A stretch of DNA of 64,000 nucleotides from Poseidonia sp. (GTDB lineage Archaea; Thermoplasmatota; Poseidoniia; Poseidoniales; Poseidoniaceae): positions 352,001-416,000 of the forward strand of contig CBFIDD010000002.1 in the NCBI GenBank assembly GCA_965661285.1, given 5' to 3'. The notes beneath the pieces were generated by a model. That model saw only the letters and a program-made list of their open reading frames with translations. It was not told the origin of the DNA and did no database searches. This document shows positions 20,495 through 31,087 of this stretch, in pieces (position 1 is the first letter of the stretch; each line of letters starts with the position of its first letter). The position numbers were made by a program, and so were the translations under genes.

Positions 20495-21736
20495 ATGACG
20501 GAGCGAAGCACGGTTACGACCACGCCTTACACCATCGGTGTCGCTCCGTTCCGACCTGGAGATGAGCCATCCTTTGGCGGGGCCTTCACCCAGCAGCCCG
20601 AGGATTTGAACCGCCCCGACCCTGCGACCTGCACGGCCGAGGACACCGCAGAACACGCCAAGGGCTTGATTCGTGTGCTGAACGATGACGGCGAAGCAAA
20701 AGGCGAATGGGACCCCGGTTTGGACGCCGAAACCATGATTCAAGGCCTTGAATACATGATGCGTCTGCGTATTTTCGACGACCGCATGATCAAGATGCAA
20801 CGCACCGGAAAACTCTCGTTTTACATGCGGTCATTCGGTGAAGAAGCCGTCGCCATCGCCCAGACCATGGCGCTTGAGGAACAGGACTGGTTGTTCCCAT
20901 CCTACCGTCAACCCGGTGCTCAATTCGTGCGCGGTCGCGACATGGTCAGCATGATTTGCCACTGCATCGGCAACACCGAAGACAACGTCCGTGGCCGGCA
21001 GATGCCGGTGCACTACACCTGGCGTGAAGGCCGATTCATATCGATTTCGTCCCCTGTTGGCACACAATTCTCGCAAGCTGTTGGCGTTGCTATGGCGAGT
21101 GCCTACAAAGGCGACGACGAGGTGTGCATTTCTTGGCTCGGCGACGGAACCTCTGCCCAAGGCGACTACCACTACGCACTCAACTTCGCTTCGACCTTCA
21201 AACCCCCCGTTATTCTCAACGTGGTCAACAACCAGTGGGCGATCTCAACCCACGTTTCACTGGCCACCGGCGGTCGAACCTTCGCCGAGCGTGGCCTCGC
21301 CTACGACATTCCCTCCTTCCGAGTCGACGGCAACGACTTCCTGGCGCTGTACAGCGTGACCAAGTGGGCCCGTGAGCGAGCCTCAGCCGGCCTTGGTCCA
21401 ACCCACATCGAGGTCTACACCTATCGAGCCGGTGCACACTCCTCTTCCGACGACCCGTCGGCGTATCGCCCGGGTAACGAATTCGAGTGCTGGCCCGGTG
21501 GCGACCCCGTCGAGCGTCTTCGCGACCACCTGATGCAAATCGGTGAGTGGGATGAAGAAAAGGACCAGGCACTGACCGAGAAAATTGACAATGATGTCAT
21601 GACGGCGTACAAGGAAGCCTGCGAATTTGGCGATTTGGCCACCGGCCCCTACCCCCCTGCATCGACCATCTTTACCGAAGTCTACGAGACGGTGCCGTGG
21701 CACATTCAAGAGCAACGAGAGGAACTCGGCAAGTGA
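20495..21736 (+). CDS. 2-oxoacid (branched-chain type) dehydrogenase E1 alpha
   Basis: GDG...NN TPP motif, YRAGAHSSSDDPSAYR, GRQMPVHY; GAGGTGA SD. Confidence 0.93.
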   Translation: MTERSTVTTTPYTIGVAPFRPGDEPSFGGAFTQQPEDLNRPDPATCTAEDTAEHAKGLIRVLNDDGEAKGEWDPGLDAETMIQGLEYMMRLRIFDDRMIKMQRTGKLSFYMRSFGEEAVAIAQTMALEEQDWLFPSYRQPGAQFVRGRDMVSMICHCIGNTEDNVRGRQMPVHYTWREGRFISISSPVGTQFSQAVGVAMASAYKGDDEVCISWLGDGTSAQGDYHYALNFASTFKPPVILNVVNNQWAISTHVSLATGGRTFAERGLAYDIPSFRVDGNDFLALYSVTKWARERASAGLGPTHIEVYTYRAGAHSSSDDPSAYRPGNEFECWPGGDPVERLRDHLMQIGEWDEEKDQALTEKIDNDVMTAYKEACEFGDLATGPYPPASTIFTEVYETVPWHIQEQREELGK

Positions 21737-21742
21737 GGTGAG

Positions 21743-22756
21743 ATGATGGCGAAAATGAACATGATTGCTGCCCTCAACTCGGCACTGGCCCACCAACTCG
21801 AGCGAGACCCGAACGTCGTCATCTTCGGAGAAGACGTCGGCTACTTTGGTGGTGTCTTCCGTGTCACCGCCGGCCTTCAAGAGAAGTATGGTCCGCATCG
21901 GGTGTTTGATTCACCGCTCGCAGAGGGTGGCATCGCTGCGATTGCCATGGGCATGGGACTGAACGGTCTTCGACCCGTTGCTGAGATTCAATTCGCCGAC
22001 TATATCTTCCCTGCCTACGACCAGATCGTCAACGAAATCGCCAAACTGCGCCACCGCTCAGGAGGAGAATTCTCTACGCCGGTGACCTTCCGCACGCCTG
22101 CAGGAGGCGGCATCAAAGGCGGCCACCACCACTCACAATCCCCCGAATCACAGTTCACCCACACCCCCGGACTCAAGGTGGTCTACTGCTCCAACCCTCG
22201 CAACGCCAAGGGGTTGCTCACAAGTGCCATCGAATCCAACGATCCCGTGATTTTCTTTGAGCCAAAACGCTGCTACCGAGGTCCGTTCTACGGCGACCCA
22301 CACAACGTCCCCACCTGGAACAGCCACCCCGACGGTGAAGTTCCCGAAGAGTACTACGCTATTCCACTTGAAGAAGCCAACATCGTCATGGAAGGCAGCG
22401 CTTGCACCGTGATCGCATGGGGCGCCATGGTCCACGTCTGCGAGCAAGCCATCAAAGATTCAGGCGTGGATTGTGAACTCATCGACCTGCAAACCCTCGT
22501 TCCTTGGGACCGCGACACCGTGGTGAATTCCGTGAAGAAAACCGGTCGCGTGGTCATCGTTCACGAAGCGCCAAAGACCAGTGGATTTGGAGCGGAGATG
22601 AGCGCCTCCATCCAAGAGCGTTGCTTCTACCATCTCGAATCGCCCATCGAGCGCGTCACCGGATGGGACACACCGTTCCCTCACACCACCGAATGGGATT
22701 ACCTCCCCAGTCCATCTCGCATTGCTGAAGCCATACACAGAACACAGGAGGAATAA
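21743..22756 (+). CDS. 2-oxoacid dehydrogenase E1 beta
   Basis: GEDVGYFGGVFR, EIQFADY, HSQSPE, FFEPK. Confidence 0.94.
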   Translation: MMAKMNMIAALNSALAHQLERDPNVVIFGEDVGYFGGVFRVTAGLQEKYGPHRVFDSPLAEGGIAAIAMGMGLNGLRPVAEIQFADYIFPAYDQIVNEIAKLRHRSGGEFSTPVTFRTPAGGGIKGGHHHSQSPESQFTHTPGLKVVYCSNPRNAKGLLTSAIESNDPVIFFEPKRCYRGPFYGDPHNVPTWNSHPDGEVPEEYYAIPLEEANIVMEGSACTVIAWGAMVHVCEQAIKDSGVDCELIDLQTLVPWDRDTVVNSVKKTGRVVIVHEAPKTSGFGAEMSASIQERCFYHLESPIERVTGWDTPFPHTTEWDYLPSPSRIAEAIHRTQEE

Positions 22757-22758
22757 AC

Positions 22759-24045
22759 ATGGGAAAATTTGAGTTTAAACTGCCCGACATCGGCGAAGGC
22801 GTCGTTGAAGGTGAAATCGTTGAATGGATGGTCGCTGTTGGGGACGTCGTCAAGGAAGACGACCCGATTCTCTCGGTGATGACCGACAAAGCCACCGTGG
22901 AGATTCCGGCGCCATGCGACGGAACGGTGGCCAGCATCGTCGGTGAAGCCGGCGATATCCTCCCGGTCGGCGGCGTTTGCATCGTGTTCGATGTCGACGG
23001 TGATGGCAACGCCTCGGAAGCCTCTGAACCCGTCGCTGAAAAGCCGGCACCTGCTGAAGAAAAGGCTCCCGTTGAGGAAAAGGTGGCTGAAACACCGCCT
23101 GCACCTGAACTACCGCCGGTCGCTGCTGCACCTGCTGCTGCGCCGGTAACGCGTGCCCCGGGCACCAAAGCCCTCGCTTCTCCCGCTGTTCGTCAGCGTG
23201 CACGAGCTGCCAACATCGACCTTCAACTCGTGGCCGGTTCAGGCCCCGCAGGTCGCATCAGCCACGCAGACCTCGACCGACACATCGCTGGAGGCGCCGC
23301 TGCTGGCTCAGCCTCCATGCCGATGGGCGGTGTTGCCAAGGTGGCCCGAAACGGTACCGAGGACATCAAGGTCATCGGCCTTCGACGAAAGATCGCCGAC
23401 GGCATGATGTCATCCTACAGCACCATCCCTCACTTCTCGTACTTCGAGGAAGTCGACGTCACCGAACTGGAAGCCTTGCGCCAACACCTCAACGCCACAC
23501 GCCCCGAGGGCGCACCCAAGTTGACCTACCTTCCGTTCATCATGCAGGCCCTCGTGAAGGCGCTGGCTCAGCGCCCAGAATGCAATGCGCTTTACGATGA
23601 TGATGCAGGTGTTGTCACCCGCCACGAAGCCATCAACCTCGGCATCGCTACGCAAACCGACCGTGGCCTCTACGTGCCTGTGGTCAAGCACGTCGAAGCC
23701 ATGGACATCTGGCAATCGGCCACTGAAATGGTGCGTGTCACCCAGGCCACCCGGGACGGCAAGGCAGGCGTTGAGGACTTGACGGGGTCCACGTTCACCA
23801 TCACCAGCCTCGGACGGCTTGGTGGTCTCGGAGCGACACCCATCATCAACAAACCAGAGGTCGGTATTCTCGGTGTTCACAACGCCAAAGACCGAGCCGT
23901 GGTGAAGGACGGGCACGTGGTTGTTCGCCGCATCATGAACCTCTCTTCATCGTGGGACCACCGTGTTGTGGACGGCCATGACGGCGCCACATTGGTTCAG
24001 TTGGTAAAATCTTACTTAGAGCACCCCGCTACCATTTTCATGTGA
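22759..24045 (+). CDS. Dihydrolipoamide acyltransferase E2
   Basis: Lipoyl domain TDKA, E3-binding domain ASPAVR...GSGPAGRI, catalytic DHRVVDG. Confidence 0.95.
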   Translation: MGKFEFKLPDIGEGVVEGEIVEWMVAVGDVVKEDDPILSVMTDKATVEIPAPCDGTVASIVGEAGDILPVGGVCIVFDVDGDGNASEASEPVAEKPAPAEEKAPVEEKVAETPPAPELPPVAAAPAAAPVTRAPGTKALASPAVRQRARAANIDLQLVAGSGPAGRISHADLDRHIAGGAAAGSASMPMGGVAKVARNGTEDIKVIGLRRKIADGMMSSYSTIPHFSYFEEVDVTELEALRQHLNATRPEGAPKLTYLPFIMQALVKALAQRPECNALYDDDAGVVTRHEAINLGIATQTDRGLYVPVVKHVEAMDIWQSATEMVRVTQATRDGKAGVEDLTGSTFTITSLGRLGGLGATPIINKPEVGILGVHNAKDRAVVKDGHVVVRRIMNLSSSWDHRVVDGHDGATLVQLVKSYLEHPATIFM

Positions 24046-24055
24046 GGTCGATGAG

Positions 24056-25486
24056 ATGAAGACCAAACAATGCCAAGTTCTTGTCGTCGGGGCAGGCCCC
24101 GGCGGCTATGTCGCTGCCATTCGCTCTGCACAATTGGGCCTGAAGACCATCATCGTTGAAGGCGAGCGTGCCGGTGGAACCTGTTTGATTCGAGGATGCA
24201 TCCCAAGCAAAGCCCTCATTCACGCTGCCCACACGTTCCACAACCTGGCCAAGCACGCCGGAAAGGACGGCCACATGGGCATCTCCATCCCAGGTCCTGC
24301 CGAGCTCAACATGGGCCATCTGGTCGGCTGGAAGGAAGGCATCGTTGACCGCCTCAACAAAGGCGTTGAAGCGCTGTTGAAGAATGCCGGCGCCGAACTC
24401 GTCAGCGGTTGGGCCGTCTTCCAAGACGCCAAGACCGTGAAAATCGGAGAAGGCAAGGATGCGACGCTGATTCAAGCCGACCACGTCATCATGGCCCAAG
24501 GCTCGGTGCCCATCGAACTCCCGTTCATGCCGTTCAGCGACCACGTGCTCTCGTCCCGAGAGGCACTGTCACTGGAAACCCTGCCCGACCACGTCGTTGT
24601 CGTGGGTGGAGGCTACATCGGCCTCGAACTCGGCATCACCTTCCGCATGCTCGGCTCGGATGTCACCATCGTGGAAGCTATGGATTCCGTGCTCCCTCTG
24701 TTTGATAAAGAACTGCGCCGACCTCTCGAAATATTCCTCAAGAAAAACAAGATCACCGTTCATACGGGTGTCTTTGCCAAAGGCGTCGAGGACGCCAAGG
24801 GCGGGAAGGTCAAACTCAACTTCATTGACAAGAACGAGAACGACGAGAAGAAGATACAGCATGTCATCGCCGACAAGGTCCTGGTCACGGTCGGACGAAA
24901 GCCTGCATCAGCCGGCCTCGATGCGACCGGTGTCGCCATGGACGAGCGTGGTTTCGTCAAGGTGAACGAGCGCTGCGAGACGAACATGAAAGGCGTCTAT
25001 GCGATTGGTGACCTCTGTGATTCCGGCGAAATGCTCGCCCACGTCGCTTCCTTCCAGGGCGAGATGGTGGCTGAACTCATCGCAGGCCACAAGCGAGCCT
25101 ACGACCCTGTCGCCGTGCCCGCCATCGTCTTTACCGAACCTGAAATCGTCTCGGTTGGTCTCTCACCCGACCAGGCCAAGGAAGCCGGGCACCCCGTCAT
25201 TACGGGCAAGTTCCCACTGGCCGCCAACGGTCGCTCCTTGACCCAAGAAGCCGAGAAAACCGGCGGATTCGTGCGTGTCGTCGCCCGAGAAGACGACCAT
25301 CGTATCCTTGGCATCCAAGGCGTAGGGACTCACATCAGCGAACTGGTGGGCGAATGGACGCTCGCCCTTGAGATGGGCGCCGTGCTCGAAGACATTGCGC
25401 ACACCATCCACGCTCACCCCACGATGACAGAAATGACCCACGAAGGTGTGCTCGACACGCTGGGGCATGCGATTCACAAGATGTGA
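24056..25486 (+). CDS. lpdA: Dihydrolipoyl dehydrogenase E3
   Basis: GAGPGG, CLIRGC disulfide, GGGYIG, HAHPT. Confidence 0.96.
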   Translation: MKTKQCQVLVVGAGPGGYVAAIRSAQLGLKTIIVEGERAGGTCLIRGCIPSKALIHAAHTFHNLAKHAGKDGHMGISIPGPAELNMGHLVGWKEGIVDRLNKGVEALLKNAGAELVSGWAVFQDAKTVKIGEGKDATLIQADHVIMAQGSVPIELPFMPFSDHVLSSREALSLETLPDHVVVVGGGYIGLELGITFRMLGSDVTIVEAMDSVLPLFDKELRRPLEIFLKKNKITVHTGVFAKGVEDAKGGKVKLNFIDKNENDEKKIQHVIADKVLVTVGRKPASAGLDATGVAMDERGFVKVNERCETNMKGVYAIGDLCDSGEMLAHVASFQGEMVAELIAGHKRAYDPVAVPAIVFTEPEIVSVGLSPDQAKEAGHPVITGKFPLAANGRSLTQEAEKTGGFVRVVAREDDHRILGIQGVGTHISELVGEWTLALEMGAVLEDIAHTIHAHPTMTEMTHEGVLDTLGHAIHKM

Positions 25487-25495
25487 AGCGGGGAT

Positions 25496-26557
25496 TTACT
25501 CTTCTTCAACATCGTTGGCCATCATCACGGCCACCGGGCGAGTGCGTTCGTTCTCGTCCAAAATAAGGCGGGCGATGATGACCATCGGTGCGCCAATGAT
25601 GGCGCCTGCAATCCCCCATACTTGAGAAAACAACATGACGGTCAGCAAGAGCACCAGCGGGGAGATACCGATTTTTGCACCTGAAAGGTTGGGCTCGACC
25701 AGCGAGCCAAACATCTGCTGGTTTCCGATGAGAAGGGCCAGCATCAGGAGCGCCGACACCGGCTCCAGCATGATGAAACCGATGAGCACGGGAGGGATGG
25801 TGGCGAAGAGTGCCCCCAGAATGGGGATGAAATCAAGGAGGAAACACAGCACGCCGAAGAGGAACCAGCCCGGGATATCAAACCCAATCGGGGAGATGAT
25901 GATGGTCATCACAATCGCTTGTCCTCCACTGCAGGTGACCTTGGAGACGACATAGGCGCTGATGGACTCCATGGAATCGTCAACAATTTTCCGAGCCCGT
26001 CCGCTTGATTGGGGAAAGGCCGCATTGAATCGCTTGGCGATGGTGTGCTCTTCGAGAATGATGAACAACAAGAAAATCAGCACGGTGATCATGCTGCCAA
26101 CAAAGGCGCCCAGCGACCCCAAAATGGCGAGCGCGAAGACCTCGATGTTGCTGGGCGAGGCCAGGACATCCACCCACGTCGAATCCGAGAAAATAATTTC
26201 CAAACCGTACAAGTCGGAATTTGCATACCTTGCTCGCTTTTCTTCAAGTTGTGCCGTGATGTCGGGAACCTCTTCAACGAATAACGAGAGCTGCTCGTAG
26301 AGGAAAATCGAGATGAAGTACATCGAGATGATGAAGGTCGCCAACACCGTTCCGTAGGACACCAACTGGTTGCCCACTTTTTTGTGGATGTAGTGTTCGA
26401 TGGGCTTGATGAGGAAAAACAACAGCACGGCGATGGCGAGGGGCATCAAAATGGGTTTAAGGTAGACAAGGGCCAAGTACACGACCACACCAACGATGGC
26501 CACGCTTGCTGCCGTTGTTCGTTTGGAGTCAATGCCAATCTTTGCGTTCACGTCCAT
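25496..26557 (-). CDS. AI-2E (UPF0118/PerM) family transporter
   Basis: Multi-TM; DFIPILGA, LVEP, ISPLVLL, WGIAGAIIGAP. Confidence 0.88.
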   Translation of the reverse strand: MDVNAKIGIDSKRTTAASVAIVGVVVYLALVYLKPILMPLAIAVLLFFLIKPIEHYIHKKVGNQLVSYGTVLATFIISMYFISIFLYEQLSLFVEEVPDITAQLEEKRARYANSDLYGLEIIFSDSTWVDVLASPSNIEVFALAILGSLGAFVGSMITVLIFLLFIILEEHTIAKRFNAAFPQSSGRARKIVDDSMESISAYVVSKVTCSGGQAIVMTIIISPIGFDIPGWFLFGVLCFLLDFIPILGALFATIPPVLIGFIMLEPVSALLMLALLIGNQQMFGSLVEPNLSGAKIGISPLVLLLTVMLFSQVWGIAGAIIGAPMVIIARLILDENERTRPVAVMMANDVEEE

Positions 26558-26627
26558 GCAGCCCACCTCGCTCAAATCTCATCTAAGGTTTCCTCCGATT
26601 CCAAAACGAAAACAGCGGTTCAATCGC

Positions 26628-26756
26628 AAAAAGATTAGCCGCAGTCAACACGCAGCATCACCCCGATTTACACGCTGCGATAGGTTCGGCGTCCTCTTCC
26701 GAACGTCAACGTGCGAAGGAAATACAGAAGCAGACTTCGTCCATGGTCTCGGCCCC
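26628..26756 (-). ncRNA. Candidate ~130-nt non-coding RNA
   Basis: TTTTTATG box ending 22 nt upstream of a GGGG start, imperfect closing stem, three internal hairpins, terminal U5 tract, no ORF longer than 12 codons with a start inside it. Confidence 0.4.
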
Positions 26757-26848
26757 AGTCGGAAGGCGTTTACCAAGCATAAAAAGAATTCACCGGCACA
26801 GCCCCGACCGTTGTTGGTTCCTTGGCGGTTCTTGAGCACAGCAAGGCT

Positions 26849-29242
26849 TCAACTGCCGCACATCAAACAGTCGTCTGGACTGTCAAGACTGCAGGCGATG
26901 GCTTCGAGGCTCTCGGTGTCATCGGCTCGCTCGGCGAGGCCGCCAACGGTTTGGTCTTCCTTGGTGGAAGCTTCAACGGTGAATTGAATGGCGTCAGCAG
27001 CGGCCTTGGTTCGCAGGTAGTACATCCCGGTCTTGAGACCCTGCTTCCATCCGTAGAAATGCATGGAAGTGACCTTTGCCGGGTTGGCATCGACCATGTG
27101 AATGTTGAGCGATTGACTCTGGTCGATGTAGGCGCCTCGGTCGGCAGCCATGTCGAGAACGTGCCGTTGTTTGATTTCCCACGTGGTCTTGTAGATGTCT
27201 CGAATGTGCTCAGGGATGCGGTGGATGCCCTGAATGGAACCCTTGTTGCGCAAGATATCGTTCTTCATCTCAAGGCTCCACATGTCCTGGGCGATCAAAT
27301 CCTTGACGAGGTGCTTGTTGAGCACGACGAATTCACCCGACAGGGTCCGGCGGACGTAGAGGTTGGAGGTGAACGCCTCAAAGCACTCGTTGTTGCCGAG
27401 GATTTGAGAGGTGGAGGCCGTTGGCATGGGCGCCAAGAGGAGCGAGTTTCGCATGCCCTTCTCAACGATTTCTGCCTTCAAGCTGTCCCAGTCCCAGCGG
27501 CCGCTGTGCTCGTTCATGCCCCACAGGTCGAACTGAAGGAGGCCTTGGCTGGCCGGTGAGCCCTCAAAGGTCGAGTAGGGACCATCGGCCACGGCTGCGT
27601 CCTTGGATGCGGTGCAGGCAGCGAAGTAGATGGTCTCGAAGATTTCCTTGTTCAGCGCCCGTGCTGCAGGACTTTCGAACGGCAACTTGAGCATGGCAAA
27701 GACATCAGCCAAGCCTTGAACGCCCAAGCCGATGGGGCGGTGGCGCATGTTGGAGTTGCGTGCCTCTTCAACGGGGTAGTAGTTCACGTCGATAACACGG
27801 TTCAGGTTGCCCGTCGCGTGGTAGGTGACGTCGTAGAGCAGTTGGTGGTCAAACACACCGTCGGTCATGTTGACAAACTTGGGAAGAGCGATCGAGGCGA
27901 GGTTGCAGACAGCCACCTCGTCCTTGGCGGTGTATTCCATGATCTCGGTGCACAGGTTCGAAGAGCGAATGGTTCCCAGGTTCTTCTGGTTCGACTTCTC
28001 GTTGGCTGCGTCTTTGTAGAGCATGTAAGGTGTTCCGGTTTCGATTTGTGCTTCGACGATCTTGTCCCAGACCGTACGTGCAGGAACCGTTTCACGTGCG
28101 AGACCACGGCGTTCGTAGTCTTCGTACATGGCCTTGAATTCAGCACCGTAGACATCCTGCAGACCGGGGCACTCGTTGGGGCAGAAGAAGGACCAGTCGG
28201 CATTGTCTTCCACACGCTGCATGAACAGGTCGGGTGTCCACATGGCGTAGAACAAATCGCGTGCTCGCATCTCTTCCTTACCGTGATTCTTCTTCAAGTC
28301 AAGGAACTGAATGACATCGGGGTGCCATGGCTCGAGGTACACGGCAATGGAACCCTTTCGCTTGCCGCCGCCCTGGTCGACGTAGCGTGCGGTGTCGTTG
28401 AAGACCCGAAGCATGGGGACGATACCGTTCGAGGTGCCGTTGGTTCCCTTGATGTAAGAGCCCTTGGAGCGGACGTGGTGGATGGAGAGGCCGATGCCAC
28501 CGGCTGATTTGGAGATGAGCGCACACTGCTTGAGCGTGTCGTAAATGCCGTCCAGTGAGTCGTCTTGCATGGTGAGCAGGAAACACGAGGACATCTGCGG
28601 CATGGGTGTGCCGGAGTTGAACAACGTTGGCGTGGCGTGGGTAAAGTAGCCTTGACTCATCAGGTCGTAGGTGTGGAGGGCTTTCTCGAGGTTGGCGTGG
28701 TGAATGCCGACAGCCACGCGCATGAGCATGTGTTGCGGGCGCTCAGCCACTTCGCCGTTGAGCTTGAGCAGGTAGGAGCGCTCCAGCGTCTTGAAGCCGA
28801 AGTAGTCGTAGTTGTGATCGCGGCTGTAGTCAATGTGGTTGTTGAGCATCTCGGCGTTGGCCATGATGATCTCATACACCTCTTCGGAGATCAGAGGCGC
28901 ATGTTTGTTGGACTCCGGGTCGATGTACTCGCGGAGGTCGGTGATGACATCGGTGAAGGAGTCCTTCGTGGAGCGGTGAAGGTCGTCCACACAGATACGA
29001 GCCGCCAGACGGCTGTAGTCCGGGTGGTGCGAGGCCAACGACGCAGCCGTCTCAGCAGCGAGTTGGTCGAGTTCACGGGTGGTGACACCGTCGTAGAGCC
29101 CTTCGATGGTCAACTTGGTAACGTGGCCGGGGTCAACCCAGGTTTCGTCGAGACCTTCAGCCAGTTTGACGAGTTTCTCGTGAATCGCATCAAATCGTAC
29201 ATCTTCTCGCTCGCCTTTTCTGTTTACAACTTGCATAGCCAT
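26849..29242 (-). CDS. nrdA: Class Ia ribonucleotide reductase alpha subunit with ATP cone
   Basis: N-terminal ATP cone, [31 protein letters not shown]-terminal CLMC. Confidence 0.96.
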   Translation of the reverse strand: MAMQVVNRKGEREDVRFDAIHEKLVKLAEGLDETWVDPGHVTKLTIEGLYDGVTTRELDQLAAETAASLASHHPDYSRLAARICVDDLHRSTKDSFTDVITDLREYIDPESNKHAPLISEEVYEIIMANAEMLNNHIDYSRDHNYDYFGFKTLERSYLLKLNGEVAERPQHMLMRVAVGIHHANLEKALHTYDLMSQGYFTHATPTLFNSGTPMPQMSSCFLLTMQDDSLDGIYDTLKQCALISKSAGGIGLSIHHVRSKGSYIKGTNGTSNGIVPMLRVFNDTARYVDQGGGKRKGSIAVYLEPWHPDVIQFLDLKKNHGKEEMRARDLFYAMWTPDLFMQRVEDNADWSFFCPNECPGLQDVYGAEFKAMYEDYERRGLARETVPARTVWDKIVEAQIETGTPYMLYKDAANEKSNQKNLGTIRSSNLCTEIMEYTAKDEVAVCNLASIALPKFVNMTDGVFDHQLLYDVTYHATGNLNRVIDVNYYPVEEARNSNMRHRPIGLGVQGLADVFAMLKLPFESPAARALNKEIFETIYFAACTASKDAAVADGPYSTFEGSPASQGLLQFDLWGMNEHSGRWDWDSLKAEIVEKGMRNSLLLAPMPTASTSQILGNNECFEAFTSNLYVRRTLSGEFVVLNKHLVKDLIAQDMWSLEMKNDILRNKGSIQGIHRIPEHIRDIYKTTWEIKQRHVLDMAADRGAYIDQSQSLNIHMVDANPAKVTSMHFYGWKQGLKTGMYYLRTKAAADAIQFTVEASTKEDQTVGGLAERADDTESLEAIACSLDSPDDCLMCGS

Positions 29243-29302
29243 GATTCTTCCTCCTCGTGTGTTCATTTGAGAGCGTGGTATCTATCTTCATCCGCGTACG
29301 GT

Positions 29303-30337
29303 TCAAAAGTCTTCGTCCACTGAGAAACGCTGTTGGACGCTTCCGAGCGAAGCACTGTCCATCACGCCGGCTTTCTGATACTCGGCGACTCGCTTCTCGA
29401 AGAAGTTGGTCTTGCCCTGCATGGAGATCATTTCCATCCAAGGGAACGGGTTACCAACGTTGTAGATCTTTGAGCAGTTGAGTTGCACCAGGAGTCGGTC
29501 AGCAACAAACTGGATGTACTGCGTCATCAAATCGGCGTTCATACCGATGAGGTTGACGGGAAGGGCCTTGGTGACGAATTCAATCTCGATGTCAACGGCT
29601 TCGGCGATAATGCGGCGAATCACGTTCTCACCGGCACCACGCAACAATTTGTTGTGGAGCAGGCAGGCGAAGTCGCAGTGGAGGCCTTCGTCTCGGGAGA
29701 TGAGCTCGTTGGAGAAGGTCAAACCGGGCATCAGGCCTCGCTTCTTGAGCCAGAAGATGGCACAGAACGAACCGGAGAAGAAGATGCCTTCAACCGCTGC
29801 GAACGCAACGAGACGCTCGGCGAAGGAGCCTCGCTTCCGAGACAACCAGCGCATGGCCCAGTCGCCCTTCTTTTGAACGGACGGCACGGTTTCGAGTGCC
29901 TTGAACAGGTGGTCCTTCTCCTTCTCGTCTTCGATGTAGGTGTCGATGAGCAGCGAGTAGGTCTCGGCGTGGATGTTCTCCATCATGATCTGAAAACCGT
30001 AGAAGGCACGGGCTTCAGGCCAGCAGACTTCGTTGGAGAAGTTCATGACGAGGTTCTCGTTGACGATGCCGTCACTGGCTGCGAAGAAGGCGAGAATGTG
30101 CTTGACGAAGTGTTGCTCGTCCTTGTTCAGGTTCTTCCAGTCCTTGAGGTCCTCGGCCAGGTCGATTTCTTCAGCGGTCCAGAACGAGGCCTGTTCTTGC
30201 TTGTACATGGCCCAGATGTCGTCGTGCTCGATAGGGAACAGAACGAAACGGTCAAGGTTCTCTTGAAGCATGGGTTCAACGTGCTCTTGCGTCAGGTCAA
30301 TGTTCATGCCGTCATCCTTGCTGTGTTCAATAACCAT
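29303..30337 (-). CDS. nrdB: Class Ia ribonucleotide reductase beta subunit
   Basis: [31 protein letters not shown] (radical Tyr), [24 protein letters not shown]. Confidence 0.96.
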   Translation of the reverse strand: MVIEHSKDDGMNIDLTQEHVEPMLQENLDRFVLFPIEHDDIWAMYKQEQASFWTAEEIDLAEDLKDWKNLNKDEQHFVKHILAFFAASDGIVNENLVMNFSNEVCWPEARAFYGFQIMMENIHAETYSLLIDTYIEDEKEKDHLFKALETVPSVQKKGDWAMRWLSRKRGSFAERLVAFAAVEGIFFSGSFCAIFWLKKRGLMPGLTFSNELISRDEGLHCDFACLLHNKLLRGAGENVIRRIIAEAVDIEIEFVTKALPVNLIGMNADLMTQYIQFVADRLLVQLNCSKIYNVGNPFPWMEMISMQGKTNFFEKRVAEYQKAGVMDSASLGSVQQRFSVDEDF

Positions 30338-30540
30338 GTTCGTACCCTCCGTGATTTACAGACGCGCTGGATTTTGTCCTCCATCGTAGGACGCCTATAA
30401 TCTATCCCCCCTCGGCGAGATTAAACTGAACGGTTTTTGGGGCGTTTGAGAGCGTTCACGCATGGACGCAGTACAACGATTTAACTGAGAGAAGAGCCAT
30501 GTTATTTTTTCATTCAAAATTTCAATTTTCATGCCAAAAC

Positions 30541-30560
30541 CACCCTCTTTTCCACTGGAA
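30541..30560 (-). promoter_or_regulatory. ORB-like (Orc1/Cdc6-type) element next to an AT-rich tract
   Basis: Minus strand reads TTCCAGTGGAAAAGAGGGTG; AT-rich stretch at 30501-30532. Confidence 0.4.
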
Positions 30561-30624
30561 TACCATGTGGGCAAAATCTTACATCATCCCAACAGTCAAA
30601 AACCAATCTATGGTGAGTGGCAAT

Positions 30625-31077
30625 ATGGACCGAATTTCTCTCAACATTCCGTTTGCCCGACTCGACGAACGCGCCGTACTCCCGACACAAGGTTCAGCAC
30701 AAGCGGCTGGCTGGGATTTGTACGCCATCGAGGAGACCGTGGTACCAAAGGGTTCCACCGTGCTCATCTCCACCGGCTGGGCCACGGCCATACCGGAAGG
30801 TTGGGAAGGACAAATCCGCTGCCGCTCGTCGCTTGGAAAGAAGGGCATGATCATGCCAAACGGACTGGGGACCATCGATTCGGATTATCGAGGCGAACTC
30901 AAAGTACTGGCCACCTGGATTGGAGAAGGCGATGCCTTCACGGTTGAAGCAGGTCAGCGCATCGCCCAGTTGTTATTCGCACCCGTGCCGCTTGTGACCC
31001 TTCGAGAAACCACCGTAGAGGGCCTTGACCAAACCGAGCGCGGCTCGGGTGGGTTTGGCTCATCAGGAAAGTTCTGA
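30625..31077 (+). CDS. dut: dUTP diphosphatase (trimeric type)
   Basis: AAGWDL, RSSL, GTIDSDYRGE, RIAQ, RGSGGFGSSG. Confidence 0.95.
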   Translation: MDRISLNIPFARLDERAVLPTQGSAQAAGWDLYAIEETVVPKGSTVLISTGWATAIPEGWEGQIRCRSSLGKKGMIMPNGLGTIDSDYRGELKVLATWIGEGDAFTVEAGQRIAQLLFAPVPLVTLRETTVEGLDQTERGSGGFGSSGKF

Positions 31078-31087
31078 GGCGAGGACC

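Noticed and set aside
26628-26756. Identification as 5S rRNA, tmRNA, Y RNA or an HDV-like ribozyme; also a 12-codon ORF MDEVCFCISFAR with possible UGA read-through
   Set aside because: Single short motifs match (CCUCUUCCGAAC, GGGGCCGA) but the overall architectures do not; nothing supports recoding.
26849-29242. Intein or intron in nrdA, the helicase or the 16S gene
   Set aside because: Lengths are normal and no splice-junction motifs or interruptions were seen.
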